Shown here: positions 17,277 to 27,474 of the stretch, piece after piece | Layout of the letters: each line of letters opens with the position of its first letter | Numbering within the stretch: the stretch's first letter is position 1 | Assembly: GCA_023380635.1 (NCBI GenBank) | Contig: JAMCRP010000001.1 | Location: 173,305-237,304 of the forward strand | DNA: 64,000 nt | From: Patescibacteria group bacterium | GTDB taxonomy: Bacteria; Patescibacteriota; Microgenomatia; JAMCZE01 | Reading direction: 5' to 3' | Made by a program: the position numbers and the translations under genes | The notes under the pieces: generated by a model | Database searches by the model: none | The model's input: the letters and a program-made list of their open reading frames with translations, nothing else | What the model was told of the DNA's origin: nothing

Positions 17277-18405
17277 AATTATCAGCCACTAACTTTTTAG
17301 CGTTGGTGGACAGACTTTTTGCCAGAGGTTTATTCAGCACTGCTTCTACCGCCAGTTTTGCCAGTTCATTTTTGTTATTACTAATCAGGGCATGCTTCCG
17401 GTCAATCGCCCCAATCCCTTCAATGCCGATTTCCGTGGAGACCACCGGCAAATCTGAGGCCATCGCTTCCAGAATTTTGTATCTGGTCCCCCCGCCGCCA
17501 AAAAGCGGTGCCAGAAGAACTGCTGAGCCCTGATAAGCTGTCCTTATGTCTTCGACATCGTCGGATACGACAATGCTGTCACCAGCCAGATTTTTAATGG
17601 CTTCCGTGGGACTTCGTCCCACAATCCACAAGGTTGCCTCGGGAAGCTTCTTTTTTATTTCGGGCCAGATTTCTCTTACCAGAATTTCCACCGCCTCCCG
17701 GTTCTGTAACCAGTTAAAATTTCCTACAAACAGGAATTTTGTGCCCGTTGATTTACCGTTAAGGATTTTTTTAGTGAAGAAATCCATGTCCACGCCGTTA
17801 GGAACAATACCAACATCCAGTCCCGGCGCCAGTTCTTTCATTTTTTCCTTGTCCGCTTCCGACATGGCCACTACTTTTTTAGCCTTTTGCCAAAAATATT
17901 TTTCCCAATATTTATGTTTAGCGACATCGACATACAACAACGGTTTTACCGGCCAAAGCCGGGAAGTTTGCGTGAAATGTTGGTAGACAAGATATTCAAT
18001 CGTCTGCTCGGCAAGAAGAACCGGAACCGTAGTGGAGGCAATGTTGGGCATAATGTAATAAGTTTCCACATGGATTAGATCATACTTTTCCTTTGCCAGT
18101 TCGGCGGAAATCGCCTCAGTCACCCGGCCGCTACGATACATGTTCACCAAATAGGGATAAGGGGATACCGCGGTTACCAAAAGCTTTTCCGGCGAAGCCC
18201 AGGCTTTTTTCCGGCCAAAGATTTCCACTTTACGGCAATATTTTCGCAATTGGGTTAAATCCGGTTCCGGTTGATCTGTCCGCAAAAAAGAAAACGAAGT
18301 GATTTCATGTTTTCGGGAAAGATTCTTAATTAGATTGAAAGTTCTCGTCTGGCCACCAGAATTTGGTGGATACGGCACGTATGGCGTAAACATCAAAATT
18401 TTCAT
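17212..18405 (-). CDS. GT4 glycosyltransferase
   Basis: MKILMFTPYVPYPPNSGGQTR N-terminus and a GT4 C-terminal domain. Confidence 0.8.
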   Translation of the reverse strand: MKILMFTPYVPYPPNSGGQTRTFNLIKNLSRKHEITSFSFLRTDQPEPDLTQLRKYCRKVEIFGRKKAWASPEKLLVTAVSPYPYLVNMYRSGRVTEAISAELAKEKYDLIHVETYYIMPNIASTTVPVLLAEQTIEYLVYQHFTQTSRLWPVKPLLYVDVAKHKYWEKYFWQKAKKVVAMSEADKEKMKELAPGLDVGIVPNGVDMDFFTKKILNGKSTGTKFLFVGNFNWLQNREAVEILVREIWPEIKKKLPEATLWIVGRSPTEAIKNLAGDSIVVSDDVEDIRTAYQGSAVLLAPLFGGGGTRYKILEAMASDLPVVSTEIGIEGIGAIDRKHALISNNKNELAKLAVEAVLNKPLAKSLSTNAKKLVADNYDWGKISTSLEKIYEETAGKS

Positions 18406-18408
18406 AAC

Positions 18409-21400
18409 TTACTTGGGAAGCTCGCTGTCGGGGACCAGCTGGATAATTACATACTTGTCCGTTTGAGCCAGAAGCTTGTAAGGGTAGAACTTTTTATTGG
18501 TGACGGGTTTGATTTCCCAAACCGGCCACGCGTCAGCCATGATCTTTTTAGTCTGGTCGTCCAAATTAACGCTGACATAATACTGTGCTCCTTCATTTAT
18601 CAATTTATCAAGGCTCCCGTCCATGATCGGCCAACCTTTGCGGTCAGTTTGGTAAAGAAAGGCGGTATCGCCGTCATAGGGCGCAATTACTTTGGCCCGC
18701 CAATCCGTCAGCTCCCGAACTCTCTGCCCGGCTTCGACAATTTCCGGATGATTGATGTTGTAATAGTCTTTGATAAAGTACCAGCCGAAAGCCAGCATGA
18801 ACAAAACAGTAATGACTGCCAGAATTTTGCTCCGGAAATTTTGTGATAGCAGAAAGTCCAGTCCCATGGCAGCCAAAATTACCAGCGAGGGGATAATTAA
18901 AATCTGGTAGTAATCATGCCGGACATTGCCAGTCGCAAAAATAGTTAAATATAAAAGACTGCCGGCAAACAAAACCAGAGGGAAATATTTGTACTTGCCG
19001 GCGGTATTTCTTACCAACCCAAGACCAAGTAAGATCAACCCCCAGTATCCCAAAATTTCCCGTCCGATCCGGTCAGCAAAGATCCAATACCAGAAAGCTC
19101 CTTTAAATCTGATCCCGTCACCGTTAAGCAGCCAGTCGTTGGCCGGTATGCCAGCCGGATACTGCTGCATCCACCAGCGCCAGAGAAGTAATGGCACCAA
19201 TGAAATGATCCCGAAAAGACCTAAAATCGCCCATTGTCGCCAGTTTAAGCCGAATCCCACTAACCAAAAGTAGGCCAAGGGAATCAACAGAAAAGCTGCA
19301 TAAGGTTTAATTAGCAAGGCGACAATCGCCAAAATCAGAGCCAGAACAAGATATCTTTTCCTTTGGGAGAAAACATAGGAACTGGCAAACCACAAGGCCC
19401 CAAGCGAGGCGGCTACCATCGAAGGATCAGGCAAAACGGTCCTGCCGAAATAGATATTGTACGGTAAAACGGCAAATAGACCGGCGGCCAGGTAGGCGAT
19501 CCGCCGGGACAAAAACCGCCGACAGAGCAGAAAAATAAATACTGCTCCAATTGCCGTCGCCAAAGCTGAGGTAAGCCGCCCAGCCGCCTCTACGGTCCAG
19601 TCGGCTAGTATCCGGTCAACAAAAAGTGACGCGGCATTATATATGGGGAACTCCACAAATCTTATACCCAGCGGATTGGGTTTTCCCGAAGCCATGGAAG
19701 AAAGGTCGTCGTATGTCGGATACAGCCAATTAATGGTTTTGTTGCGCAAGAAATCCCGGGTCACGGCCGAAGTATCCGCCTGGCGCCAGGAATGCCAGTC
19801 GGCAATCGGCGAATTAATTTTGTAAGTCCGGATCGACAACGCAACAACTGCGATAACCGCCACCCAGAGAAAATCGGACAACAGAAACTTTTTCACCCGG
19901 GCGAGGAAATTTTTGAAAGAAAATTCAATTCGTAGCGGTTCCATATTCGTCTTAATTTTTTCCCGGGTTAAATAAAGTGACCCAAGAGTCATCCCGGACA
20001 CCCCCCAGAAGACATAAGCAACCTTACTGGATTCGAAAATATCGATCATAGTAGCGTTTACCAAAAGCCCGCCGATCAGGCCGATGAAGCCGGCAACCAG
20101 CGAATATAAGAGCGGATCCCGTATCCCTCCAAGGCTGCGAAATGCGATCCAGGCCATCACTAATAAAGTTCCAAAAAAGGCCGCGAAACCTAAGAATCCG
20201 GTTTCTCCCAAAGCCCGCAGATAGTCATTGTCCGTCGATTCTCCTTCAGTATAGTCATATTTGTTTGCCTGGCTAAGGGTTGCATAGCCTTTTCCCAAAA
20301 GCGGATCCATCTCAAAACCGGCAATCGCCCGGGGCCAGGTCGTATCAAACCTGATACCGGTAGACAAGTCGAACATTAAAGCGTTTTGTGAATAAGTCCT
20401 TTGTGTCGGCACTAAAACCGTAGCTCCACTGGCAGTCTTTTTCGGCATTAAAAGGGGGATTTCGTTTCCGGTGACATCACTGGGCTTCATTGGTGTTGGC
20501 GGCTGGTCAGAAGGAGTCGTTACCGCCGCGATATTATTTTCCAAAAACGTGGCGTTTTGGGTCGGGGCATTGCCGGCAGGCCTTAACAAAATTTCCCGCA
20601 CAGCAGAGAACCTGTCAGCAAACTTAAAAAGAGTCAGAAATCTTGAAGACAGGTCTCCGAACGAGAGCATTAATAAGATACTTAAAAATGCCGCCGCTGC
20701 CCAACGGCTTACCCCCCAACCCAACCCTTTTTTAAAGGTCCAAAGAAAGATAACCACCGACAGCCCCAGCATATATCCAGCAAAGGAAATCCGCGAAGCC
20801 GTAAGAATTAACAGCCAAAAACCTCCGGCCAGAAGCAAGACAATCCCCAATTTTGCCAGCTTATTCTTTAAACCAAAAAGGAAACTCCAGCAAAGCGTCA
20901 GGGCAATCACCAGATACCCGGCCAGGTCGTAGTGCCCGCCGAAAGTCGAAAGAACCCGGGCGTGAGCCGTGAGATATAACCACCAGCCTTTGGCAAATTC
21001 CCGATTCATTGTGGAGAAAGCCGGCCAATACAGATATTTTTGTCCGTAGCCATAGATAATCACGCCCAACAGGGTCAGAAAAAATAGTCCCAGGTATATT
21101 TTCAGCGCCTTCATAGATCTTATTGAAGCAAAGAAAACGAAAAATAAGGAAAAGTACTCGGCCCGGCGCAGCCAGTGCAGGAAGGTTTTTCCGGCAAAAA
21201 GATATTGCAAGGGGACCGTCTGGATAATAAATATTGCCGTGATTACCGAGAGCAATCCGATGACTAAATATCCGATCAGCCCAAGTGAAACGGCGTTAAA
21301 AACAAGTTTGATTTTCCGGCGCAATATCCAGAGCAGAAAAATCACAATGGTCGCCGCCACAAAGAAATCTTCAAGCCTGACTCGAACATTGTAACCGTAC

Positions 21401-21510
21401 AAAATGTCAAACAGCGGCCACTTCGGGTAAAGAGGAATAAAAACCAGCAAGAATCCGGCTAAAACCGCCAGAATATTATTGTCCAGCCAATGCAGCCATT
21501 TGGCTATCAT
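18409..21510 (-). CDS. 1033-aa fusion: O-antigen ligase/polymerase-like (Wzy_C/WaaL) polytopic domain + GT-C (PMT/ArnT-like) polytopic domain + C-terminal soluble domain
   Basis: The N-terminal half carries Wzy_C hallmarks (SRISFAGYMLGL loop; TDNDYLRALGETGFLGF). The second half is a new TM bundle with the periplasmic acidic motif WHSWRQADTSAVTRDF typical of GT-C enzymes. Confidence 0.6.
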   Translation of the reverse strand: MIAKWLHWLDNNILAVLAGFLLVFIPLYPKWPLFDILYGYNVRVRLEDFFVAATIVIFLLWILRRKIKLVFNAVSLGLIGYLVIGLLSVITAIFIIQTVPLQYLFAGKTFLHWLRRAEYFSLFFVFFASIRSMKALKIYLGLFFLTLLGVIIYGYGQKYLYWPAFSTMNREFAKGWWLYLTAHARVLSTFGGHYDLAGYLVIALTLCWSFLFGLKNKLAKLGIVLLLAGGFWLLILTASRISFAGYMLGLSVVIFLWTFKKGLGWGVSRWAAAAFLSILLMLSFGDLSSRFLTLFKFADRFSAVREILLRPAGNAPTQNATFLENNIAAVTTPSDQPPTPMKPSDVTGNEIPLLMPKKTASGATVLVPTQRTYSQNALMFDLSTGIRFDTTWPRAIAGFEMDPLLGKGYATLSQANKYDYTEGESTDNDYLRALGETGFLGFAAFFGTLLVMAWIAFRSLGGIRDPLLYSLVAGFIGLIGGLLVNATMIDIFESSKVAYVFWGVSGMTLGSLYLTREKIKTNMEPLRIEFSFKNFLARVKKFLLSDFLWVAVIAVVALSIRTYKINSPIADWHSWRQADTSAVTRDFLRNKTINWLYPTYDDLSSMASGKPNPLGIRFVEFPIYNAASLFVDRILADWTVEAAGRLTSALATAIGAVFIFLLCRRFLSRRIAYLAAGLFAVLPYNIYFGRTVLPDPSMVAASLGALWFASSYVFSQRKRYLVLALILAIVALLIKPYAAFLLIPLAYFWLVGFGLNWRQWAILGLFGIISLVPLLLWRWWMQQYPAGIPANDWLLNGDGIRFKGAFWYWIFADRIGREILGYWGLILLGLGLVRNTAGKYKYFPLVLFAGSLLYLTIFATGNVRHDYYQILIIPSLVILAAMGLDFLLSQNFRSKILAVITVLFMLAFGWYFIKDYYNINHPEIVEAGQRVRELTDWRAKVIAPYDGDTAFLYQTDRKGWPIMDGSLDKLINEGAQYYVSVNLDDQTKKIMADAWPVWEIKPVTNKKFYPYKLLAQTDKYVIIQLVPDSELPK

Positions 21511-21515
21511 TTTAT

Positions 21516-22112
21516 TTATTGAAATAAGCGGGCCCGGCCCAGTTTGTAGTGTAAGTCTTTATTTTTTCGCTCTCCTATTTTAACAGCCGGCACCCCTCCG
21601 ACAACAGTCAGTTCCGGCACATCTTTGGTCACCACAGCTCCGGCAGCAATTATCGCTCCGTTACCCACTTTAACTCCAGGCAAAATAATGACGCGCGGGC
21701 CGATAAAAACATAATCGCCGATTTCGACAGGCGCTTCGATTGGGTCAAAGCCCTCGGAAGTAGTATCATGCTCAGAGTTGTAAATCATTACCTGGGAAGC
21801 GATATCGGTATGATTGCCAACAGTTAGTTTGTCCCGACCGTCAAGAAAAGCATGATCGCCAACAATTGAATCTTGCCCAATAGTGATATTTTTTGGTTGG
21901 AAGAATCTGGCCCAGGTATGAATGGTGCTCCCTTCGCCGATTTTTATGCCGGCCAGAGCATAGAAGAAATGCCGAACAAACCTGCAAGGAACCTGACCGA
22001 CACAATTTAAAACCATCAGCTCAAAATCCAGACAATAATTGTAGAAGCGGGTCACAATCTTCGGCCAAGCCTGGCTAAAACTTAAGTTTTTTCCGTATTT
22101 GTCTTTAAACAT
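21516..22112 (-). CDS. hexapeptide-repeat (left-handed beta-helix) acetyltransferase, sugar O-acetyltransferase-like (WcaF/WbbJ type)
   Basis: Tandem hexapeptide repeats (IGDYVFIGPRVIILPGVKVGNGAIIAAGAVV). Confidence 0.75.
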   Translation of the reverse strand: MFKDKYGKNLSFSQAWPKIVTRFYNYCLDFELMVLNCVGQVPCRFVRHFFYALAGIKIGEGSTIHTWARFFQPKNITIGQDSIVGDHAFLDGRDKLTVGNHTDIASQVMIYNSEHDTTSEGFDPIEAPVEIGDYVFIGPRVIILPGVKVGNGAIIAAGAVVTKDVPELTVVGGVPAVKIGERKNKDLHYKLGRARLFQ

Positions 22113-23178
22113 TTTTAAGCACTTCCAGCGTTTGTTTTGCTGTGTCTTCCCAATTATACCGTTTTACCAGTTTTAAACCAGCTTTGATCTGGTTTTTGCG
22201 CTCAGAATCGCCCATTTCCAGAACTTTCTCCAAGGCCGAGCGGATACTTTCAACCTCATATGGATTCTCGATATAAATGGTACACTCTCCGCACACTTCC
22301 GGAAGCGAAGACACTCGGGAAACCACCACCGGAACCCCTGTCGCCATTGCTTCCACCGCCGGAATACCAAAGCCTTCATACAAGCTAGGTAGGACATAAG
22401 CAGCCGCCCCTTTCATCAAACCAGCCACTTCGGTATCAGGAATATATCCTGTGAATTCCACTCTATCACCGAGCTTGCTGGCTATTTCGAAGACATCCTG
22501 ATACATCCACCCGCCTCGGCCTTCGTTTTTCATGCCGCCGATCACCAGTTTAATATCCTTATCTTCCAGCTGACCAAAAGCTTCAATTAAGCGGACCAGG
22601 TTTTTGCGCGGCTGAAGAGTTCCCAGATAGAAAAAATACTTATCCTTCCTGGCCGGTTTTACTTTTTCATTAAAGCGAGCCTGATCATACCCTAGATGGG
22701 TAACCACAATTTTCTCCGGCGGCAGGTGGTAAAGCTGGACAAGGTCGCCTTTGGTCGCTTCGGAAATGGCGATAACTTTTTTAGCCTGCATCGCCGAAAG
22801 CCGCGTCCAGTACTTAAGTTGGTACAAATCTTTTTTCTTGAAGTACTGGGGGAATTTTTCAAAAGCCAGGTCCATCACGGAAATCACTGACGGACACGAT
22901 AGATATAGCGGGGCATAGTGTGTCGGAGTAAAGAGAACATCCGGAGGATTAGCTAGTAACCTCTTTTGTAAACCCGTCAGCGTCCAGAGGTTTTTGGGCC
23001 CAAAAACCTCATAAGGCAAATCCGGCATCTCCGGCAAGGGCGGATTTTCTAAATACACTTGGAATTTGGTGCTTGGAGTTTGGAATTTTACGAACTGCTT
23101 AAGCAGTTCGTAAGCATACTGCCCCACCCCGACCCGGTGGGAGACATTGGCTTCGTTGCCGTTTATGCCAATAGTCAT
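22105..23178 (-). CDS. GT4 glycosyltransferase
   Basis: C-terminal EGFGIPAVEAMATGVPVV. Paralogous to the GT4 genes at 24282, 15259 and 57308. Confidence 0.8.
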   Translation of the reverse strand: MTIGINGNEANVSHRVGVGQYAYELLKQFVKFQTPSTKFQVYLENPPLPEMPDLPYEVFGPKNLWTLTGLQKRLLANPPDVLFTPTHYAPLYLSCPSVISVMDLAFEKFPQYFKKKDLYQLKYWTRLSAMQAKKVIAISEATKGDLVQLYHLPPEKIVVTHLGYDQARFNEKVKPARKDKYFFYLGTLQPRKNLVRLIEAFGQLEDKDIKLVIGGMKNEGRGGWMYQDVFEIASKLGDRVEFTGYIPDTEVAGLMKGAAAYVLPSLYEGFGIPAVEAMATGVPVVVSRVSSLPEVCGECTIYIENPYEVESIRSALEKVLEMGDSERKNQIKAGLKLVKRYNWEDTAKQTLEVLKNV

Positions 23179-23197
23179 ATTTCTTTAATTCTACAAC

Positions 23198-24298
23198 TTA
23201 AAACTTTCCAATCGGACCGGTATTTTTCAGAATTATCCAGTGGGTTCGAGACAAGAATTCCAGTCCAACAATTGTCAACCATAAGTATACCGGCAGAACC
23301 GTGGCTCTCAGCCAACTTTCGCTAACTATTTCTCCCACAAAAAGCGCCGGACCAAAAAGTGCCATCGTCAGATAATAGGACGACATGTGATTGGGCAAAA
23401 AATAAAACGGCGCAGCCGCAACTATAAACCAGACCCCGGATAAGAGGAGAATTCTCGCGTGCGGCTGTCTGAGCGAAAAATAACGCATTAAGCCGATTGT
23501 CATCAGGAAAATCAGGACCAAAAATAGCCAGAGAATGACATTGCCAGCTTCGAACCGAACACCCTCAGGCAAATTTAGCCCGCGGAAAAGATACCATCTG
23601 GCTGTCACCAACACCCGGCCACTTAAGGAATAACTATAATCTGAAACCCGCGGCAACCCAATAATCTTCAGTTTGGCCACAAAATAGAACCCGGCCAGAA
23701 CAAAACTGCCAACAAGTCTTTTCGACCAGGAACCGAAATGCCAGCTCAGGACCAGGAAAATAAAGGGTAGGGTCAATGCCAGCTCATTTGAAAAGATCGC
23801 TAAAATCGTTACCAGAAATGTCGCCACAGTTGCGGCAATTCCGGGTTTCAAATAGAGATATGCAGCCAGAAAATAAAACAGGGCACCTAAACTGAAATAC
23901 GAGGTCGCAATCCAAAAAAAGTTCCCAAAAAGTGAAACGTTTAGAGCATAGACAAACGTTCCCGTCATGGCTTTTTCGCGACTTTTTAGAATCTTTTTAA
24001 GGAGCAAATAAACGACGACCACCGTCAAACTATACGCGGCAAATTCAGCAAGATGATAACCAATCGGATTTAGACCAAATAAGTTGCGAGAGAGACCATA
24101 AAAAAGCTGGATGCTTACCGGCCGGTAATGATAAACATCCGGAACGGTGGCCAACCAGTTGCCGGAGCCGGCCATGTCCATGGCAATCCGGTCATCCTGA
24201 AAAAAACGGGCGTTAAAAGAGTCCCGGTAAACAAAGGCCGACAAAAGGATAATGCCACTAAGCAAATAGACTTCCCACTGGTTAAGAAAGTGTTTCAT
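23198..24298 (-). CDS. polytopic membrane protein (about 10 TM) of unknown function, possibly polymerase- or GT-C-like
   Basis: Highly hydrophobic throughout. The start was moved to ATG 24298 (MKHFLNQ) because the longer ORF overlaps the upstream GT4 by 95 nt. Confidence 0.5.
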   Translation of the reverse strand: MKHFLNQWEVYLLSGIILLSAFVYRDSFNARFFQDDRIAMDMAGSGNWLATVPDVYHYRPVSIQLFYGLSRNLFGLNPIGYHLAEFAAYSLTVVVVYLLLKKILKSREKAMTGTFVYALNVSLFGNFFWIATSYFSLGALFYFLAAYLYLKPGIAATVATFLVTILAIFSNELALTLPFIFLVLSWHFGSWSKRLVGSFVLAGFYFVAKLKIIGLPRVSDYSYSLSGRVLVTARWYLFRGLNLPEGVRFEAGNVILWLFLVLIFLMTIGLMRYFSLRQPHARILLLSGVWFIVAAAPFYFLPNHMSSYYLTMALFGPALFVGEIVSESWLRATVLPVYLWLTIVGLEFLSRTHWIILKNTGPIGKF

Positions 24299-25322
24299 AG
24301 GCTTTTGCCGTTTGCCGGGCGGTCTCTTCCCAAGAGAACTTACTGGCCTGGCCGCGGCCCTTCTTAATAAGGGCATCTTTTTTAGATTTGTTCATTTCCA
24401 ATACCGTCTCAATCTTTTCCGCAAGATCGTTTGCATCGAGAGGGTCAATATAAATAGCCGCGTCGCCGCCCACTTCGGGCATGCTGGAAACATTGCTGGT
24501 AATTACCGGACAATCGCAATTGAAGGCTTCTAATATCGGAATTCCGAACCCTTCATAAAGGCTCGGGTACACAAACACCGCGGCGTTAGTGTACAAGTCA
24601 GCCAGCTGATCGTTGGGGACATATCCTAAAAGTTTGACGCCGTTTACTGTTTCTTCTTTCTCGCCCCAACCATATTTTCCGGCAATTACGAGATCGACAT
24701 CCTTAGTTTTTAAGAGTTGATAAGCCTGGATTAGCCGGCCCAGGTTCTTACGTGGTTCTCTGGTTCCGACGGCTAAAATATAAGGCCGCTCGCTTTTTTT
24801 GACTTGCCCCTTCTTCATCGTTGTAGCTTCGTAAATTACTTTAATTTTCTCCTGCGGAATATTGAGAGTTTTCACAATATCTTTTTTGGTCGACTGGGAG
24901 ATAGCAATAACCGCATCCACTTCCTTTTTCACCCATTCGAGTCTTCTTTTTTGCGCGGCGACTATTTTTGGATGTGATGATTGCGGATATTTATAAACGA
25001 CCAGGTCATGAATTGTCGTAATTTTCTTGGCCGTCGTCGGTGGTTGAGTCCAATCAGAAGAATGAAAAACGTCGACCTTTCCGATTAAACTTTCCACCGG
25101 CAGCGTGTGCAGTTGGTTCCATAATATTTCTAGCAGTGTCGGCGGGATCGGAAAAACTTTTGTTTGCGGAAAAACTTTAAATTCTTTCTGCTTGCGAAGA
25201 CTTGCTCCAAACAAAACTAAATCATTATTTGTCTTTAACAGGCTCGTTACGAGGTTTCGGGTATAAATCCCCACCCCCGTTCCGGGAAACGCCATTTGGC
25301 TGATATCTATTCCGACTTTCAT
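24282..25322 (-). CDS. GT4 glycosyltransferase
   Basis: MKVGIDISQMAFPGTGVGIY...EGFGIPILEAF. Confidence 0.8.
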   Translation of the reverse strand: MKVGIDISQMAFPGTGVGIYTRNLVTSLLKTNNDLVLFGASLRKQKEFKVFPQTKVFPIPPTLLEILWNQLHTLPVESLIGKVDVFHSSDWTQPPTTAKKITTIHDLVVYKYPQSSHPKIVAAQKRRLEWVKKEVDAVIAISQSTKKDIVKTLNIPQEKIKVIYEATTMKKGQVKKSERPYILAVGTREPRKNLGRLIQAYQLLKTKDVDLVIAGKYGWGEKEETVNGVKLLGYVPNDQLADLYTNAAVFVYPSLYEGFGIPILEAFNCDCPVITSNVSSMPEVGGDAAIYIDPLDANDLAEKIETVLEMNKSKKDALIKKGRGQASKFSWEETARQTAKAYETLS

Positions 25323-26596
25323 AAAGAGTATTTCCAGATTAACAGATTATTAAAACTTTTTTGCTCTACCAGTTTATACCCGTTAGCCTCAATTATTTGC
25401 CTTTCCAGATCCTTTGGATCGAAAATTTCTTGGACATAACGAACCAAATAGACCGTCTGGGCGCCGTTTAGATTAAAATTAGATTGGTCCATAATTTGCA
25501 AATCCGGTTTGTAGTAAAGAAGCGGGGCGGATTGAGCCAGGTTGGGCATAACGACCCTACTATTAATAGTATCCGCATACTGCGCTGCCGATCGCCAGTC
25601 CTCCCGCCAGAATTTGGGATTAAAGTTGAAATAGACCAAACTTAAAAGACTGACAATAACGACTAATCCGGCAGCGATCTTTCCCGCTCTGGAAAGCAAC
25701 AGAACAAAAGCGGGCAAAACAAATAGGAATCGGAAATATGTAAAGACAGGAACCTTAAAAGAAATTACAGCGGCTAAAAACAGCGGAGTCAAAAACCACA
25801 GCCAAAGTCTTTTTTCCTGATTTCTGGCAAGTGTCAAGAAATAACCTATTCCCACACCGCCGGTGATTAGACCATAGAGATATTTATTCTCGACACTCAC
25901 CCGGCCAAAAATAAATTTTACCGGCAGTAAGGCCAAGGTTTTTAAATTTGTCCGACCCAAAGTATCGCCCCAGGAAGTCCCTGCCGCGCTTAGCCCGTTG
26001 CCCAATTGGTTAAGTAGAAGGGGGACAGCCGGCAGCATGAACAAAATGATGACGGAAAAATATTTCAGAAAAGTTTTTTTATAGCGGGTAATGAAAAAAT
26101 ATACCGGCAGCATCAAGGCCGGAAGATAATCCGTGTACAAAGATAAAACCACAGCGGCAGCAAATGCCAGCCACTTTTTCTCCAGTAAAAAGTAGATAGC
26201 CGACGCCACCAGCATCATCGCCAAAGAATACATCCGGGCTTCTTGGGAATAATAAACCGCGAGGGGATTAACGGCTAAAAATAATGCCGCCAAAATCCCC
26301 GCCCGACGGGAAAAGAGTTTCTCGCCGATTTTGAATACCAGAAACACCGTCACTATTCCAAACAAAACCGATGGAATTCGGCTGGCAATTTCGCTGTAAC
26401 CAAATATTCCGTCCCACCATTTCAGGAACAAATAGTACAGCGGTGGATGGAAATCGCCGGGAGCAAATTTTGAAACCAACTCGCCAAACGTATTGCTTTT
26501 AATCGCCTGAAGGGTTATCGCCTCATCCAGCCAAAGCGACTGGTTCAGGTTGATCAGCCGGACAGCAAATCCCAGTAGTAAAATAACGTAAATCAC
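25319..26596 (-). CDS. GT-C fold glycosyltransferase (PMT_2/ArnT-like, GT39/GT83-type)
   Basis: N-terminal TM, then LWLDEAITL (the DE motif of polyprenyl-P-sugar-dependent GT-C enzymes), then about 10 further TM segments. Confidence 0.65.
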   Translation of the reverse strand: MIYVILLLGFAVRLINLNQSLWLDEAITLQAIKSNTFGELVSKFAPGDFHPPLYYLFLKWWDGIFGYSEIASRIPSVLFGIVTVFLVFKIGEKLFSRRAGILAALFLAVNPLAVYYSQEARMYSLAMMLVASAIYFLLEKKWLAFAAAVVLSLYTDYLPALMLPVYFFITRYKKTFLKYFSVIILFMLPAVPLLLNQLGNGLSAAGTSWGDTLGRTNLKTLALLPVKFIFGRVSVENKYLYGLITGGVGIGYFLTLARNQEKRLWLWFLTPLFLAAVISFKVPVFTYFRFLFVLPAFVLLLSRAGKIAAGLVVIVSLLSLVYFNFNPKFWREDWRSAAQYADTINSRVVMPNLAQSAPLLYYKPDLQIMDQSNFNLNGAQTVYLVRYVQEIFDPKDLERQIIEANGYKLVEQKSFNNLLIWKYSL

Positions 26597-27453
26597 TTGT
26601 ATTTTTTTTCTCCAAAAAATGACAGCAGGACGCTGGTTTCAACAGCGCCGTTAAAAACAAGTTTAAAAATAAAAAACTGCCAGTCGGGTAATTTAAGAAC
26701 CGCCCAAAAGGGACAATAGCGGAAAAGGTTGTAAATCCGGCGGATTATGTTCTTTGTCAAAAATTCATTTTTTCCGAACCACCGGGCCTGTTTCCAAATC
26801 TCTGGCAAAGTATCCGGGCTTCGGTGATAATAAACAGCGCCTTTGGCAGCTACCGGATACGCGTTCAGTTTTTCCGCAATAGTCCAGTCATCCGTATAGC
26901 CGACATTGGTATCAAAACCGCCCATGGAAAGAAATTTTTCCCTAAGAATCGCGCGAAAAACTTTGTTCCTTTCTTCATCGGCCTTTTCGCCTTCCAGTTT
27001 CTCCAGTAAAGTTTTCCCGAATTTATATAAACCAGTGGCTTTTGCAGCATATCCCCGCGGATCCATTTTATCGACGCTTCGACCAAAGTTCAGATTCCAA
27101 TACCTGGCCAAGGGTTTATCTTTATTAAGAAGATATTCATCTTCACTGTATGTCCCGATAGCCTTCCCGCTCACTATCGGAGCGATCAGCTTTTCCACGA
27201 AATCCGGCGCAAACTCCATATCCGCGTCTACAAAAACCAGAATATCTCCTTTTGCTTTGCTGGCCCCAAAATTTCTGGCCGCTCCCGGTCCCTTGTGGCT
27301 TTGTTTGTAGGTTGCGTATTTTACTGAGCCATCCGTAGAGCCATCATCGACAACAATTATTTCCAAAGGGATGGTTTGCTTGGCAAGGCTGGCCAGGCAA
27401 TTTCCGATAACCTCTTCCTCATTAAATATTGGTATAATAACCGATACTGTCAT
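26593..27453 (-). CDS. GT2 glycosyltransferase
   Basis: VSVIIPIFNEEEVIGNCLASL...IIVVDDGSTDGS...VFVDADME. Confidence 0.8.
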   Translation of the reverse strand: MTVSVIIPIFNEEEVIGNCLASLAKQTIPLEIIVVDDGSTDGSVKYATYKQSHKGPGAARNFGASKAKGDILVFVDADMEFAPDFVEKLIAPIVSGKAIGTYSEDEYLLNKDKPLARYWNLNFGRSVDKMDPRGYAAKATGLYKFGKTLLEKLEGEKADEERNKVFRAILREKFLSMGGFDTNVGYTDDWTIAEKLNAYPVAAKGAVYYHRSPDTLPEIWKQARWFGKNEFLTKNIIRRIYNLFRYCPFWAVLKLPDWQFFIFKLVFNGAVETSVLLSFFGEKKYK

Positions 27454-27474
27454 CTATCTAGATTGTAGCATTCT

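Noticed and set aside
20471-20932. 153-aa + strand ORF
   Set aside because: Antisense inside the 1033-aa membrane protein gene, with no recognisable features.
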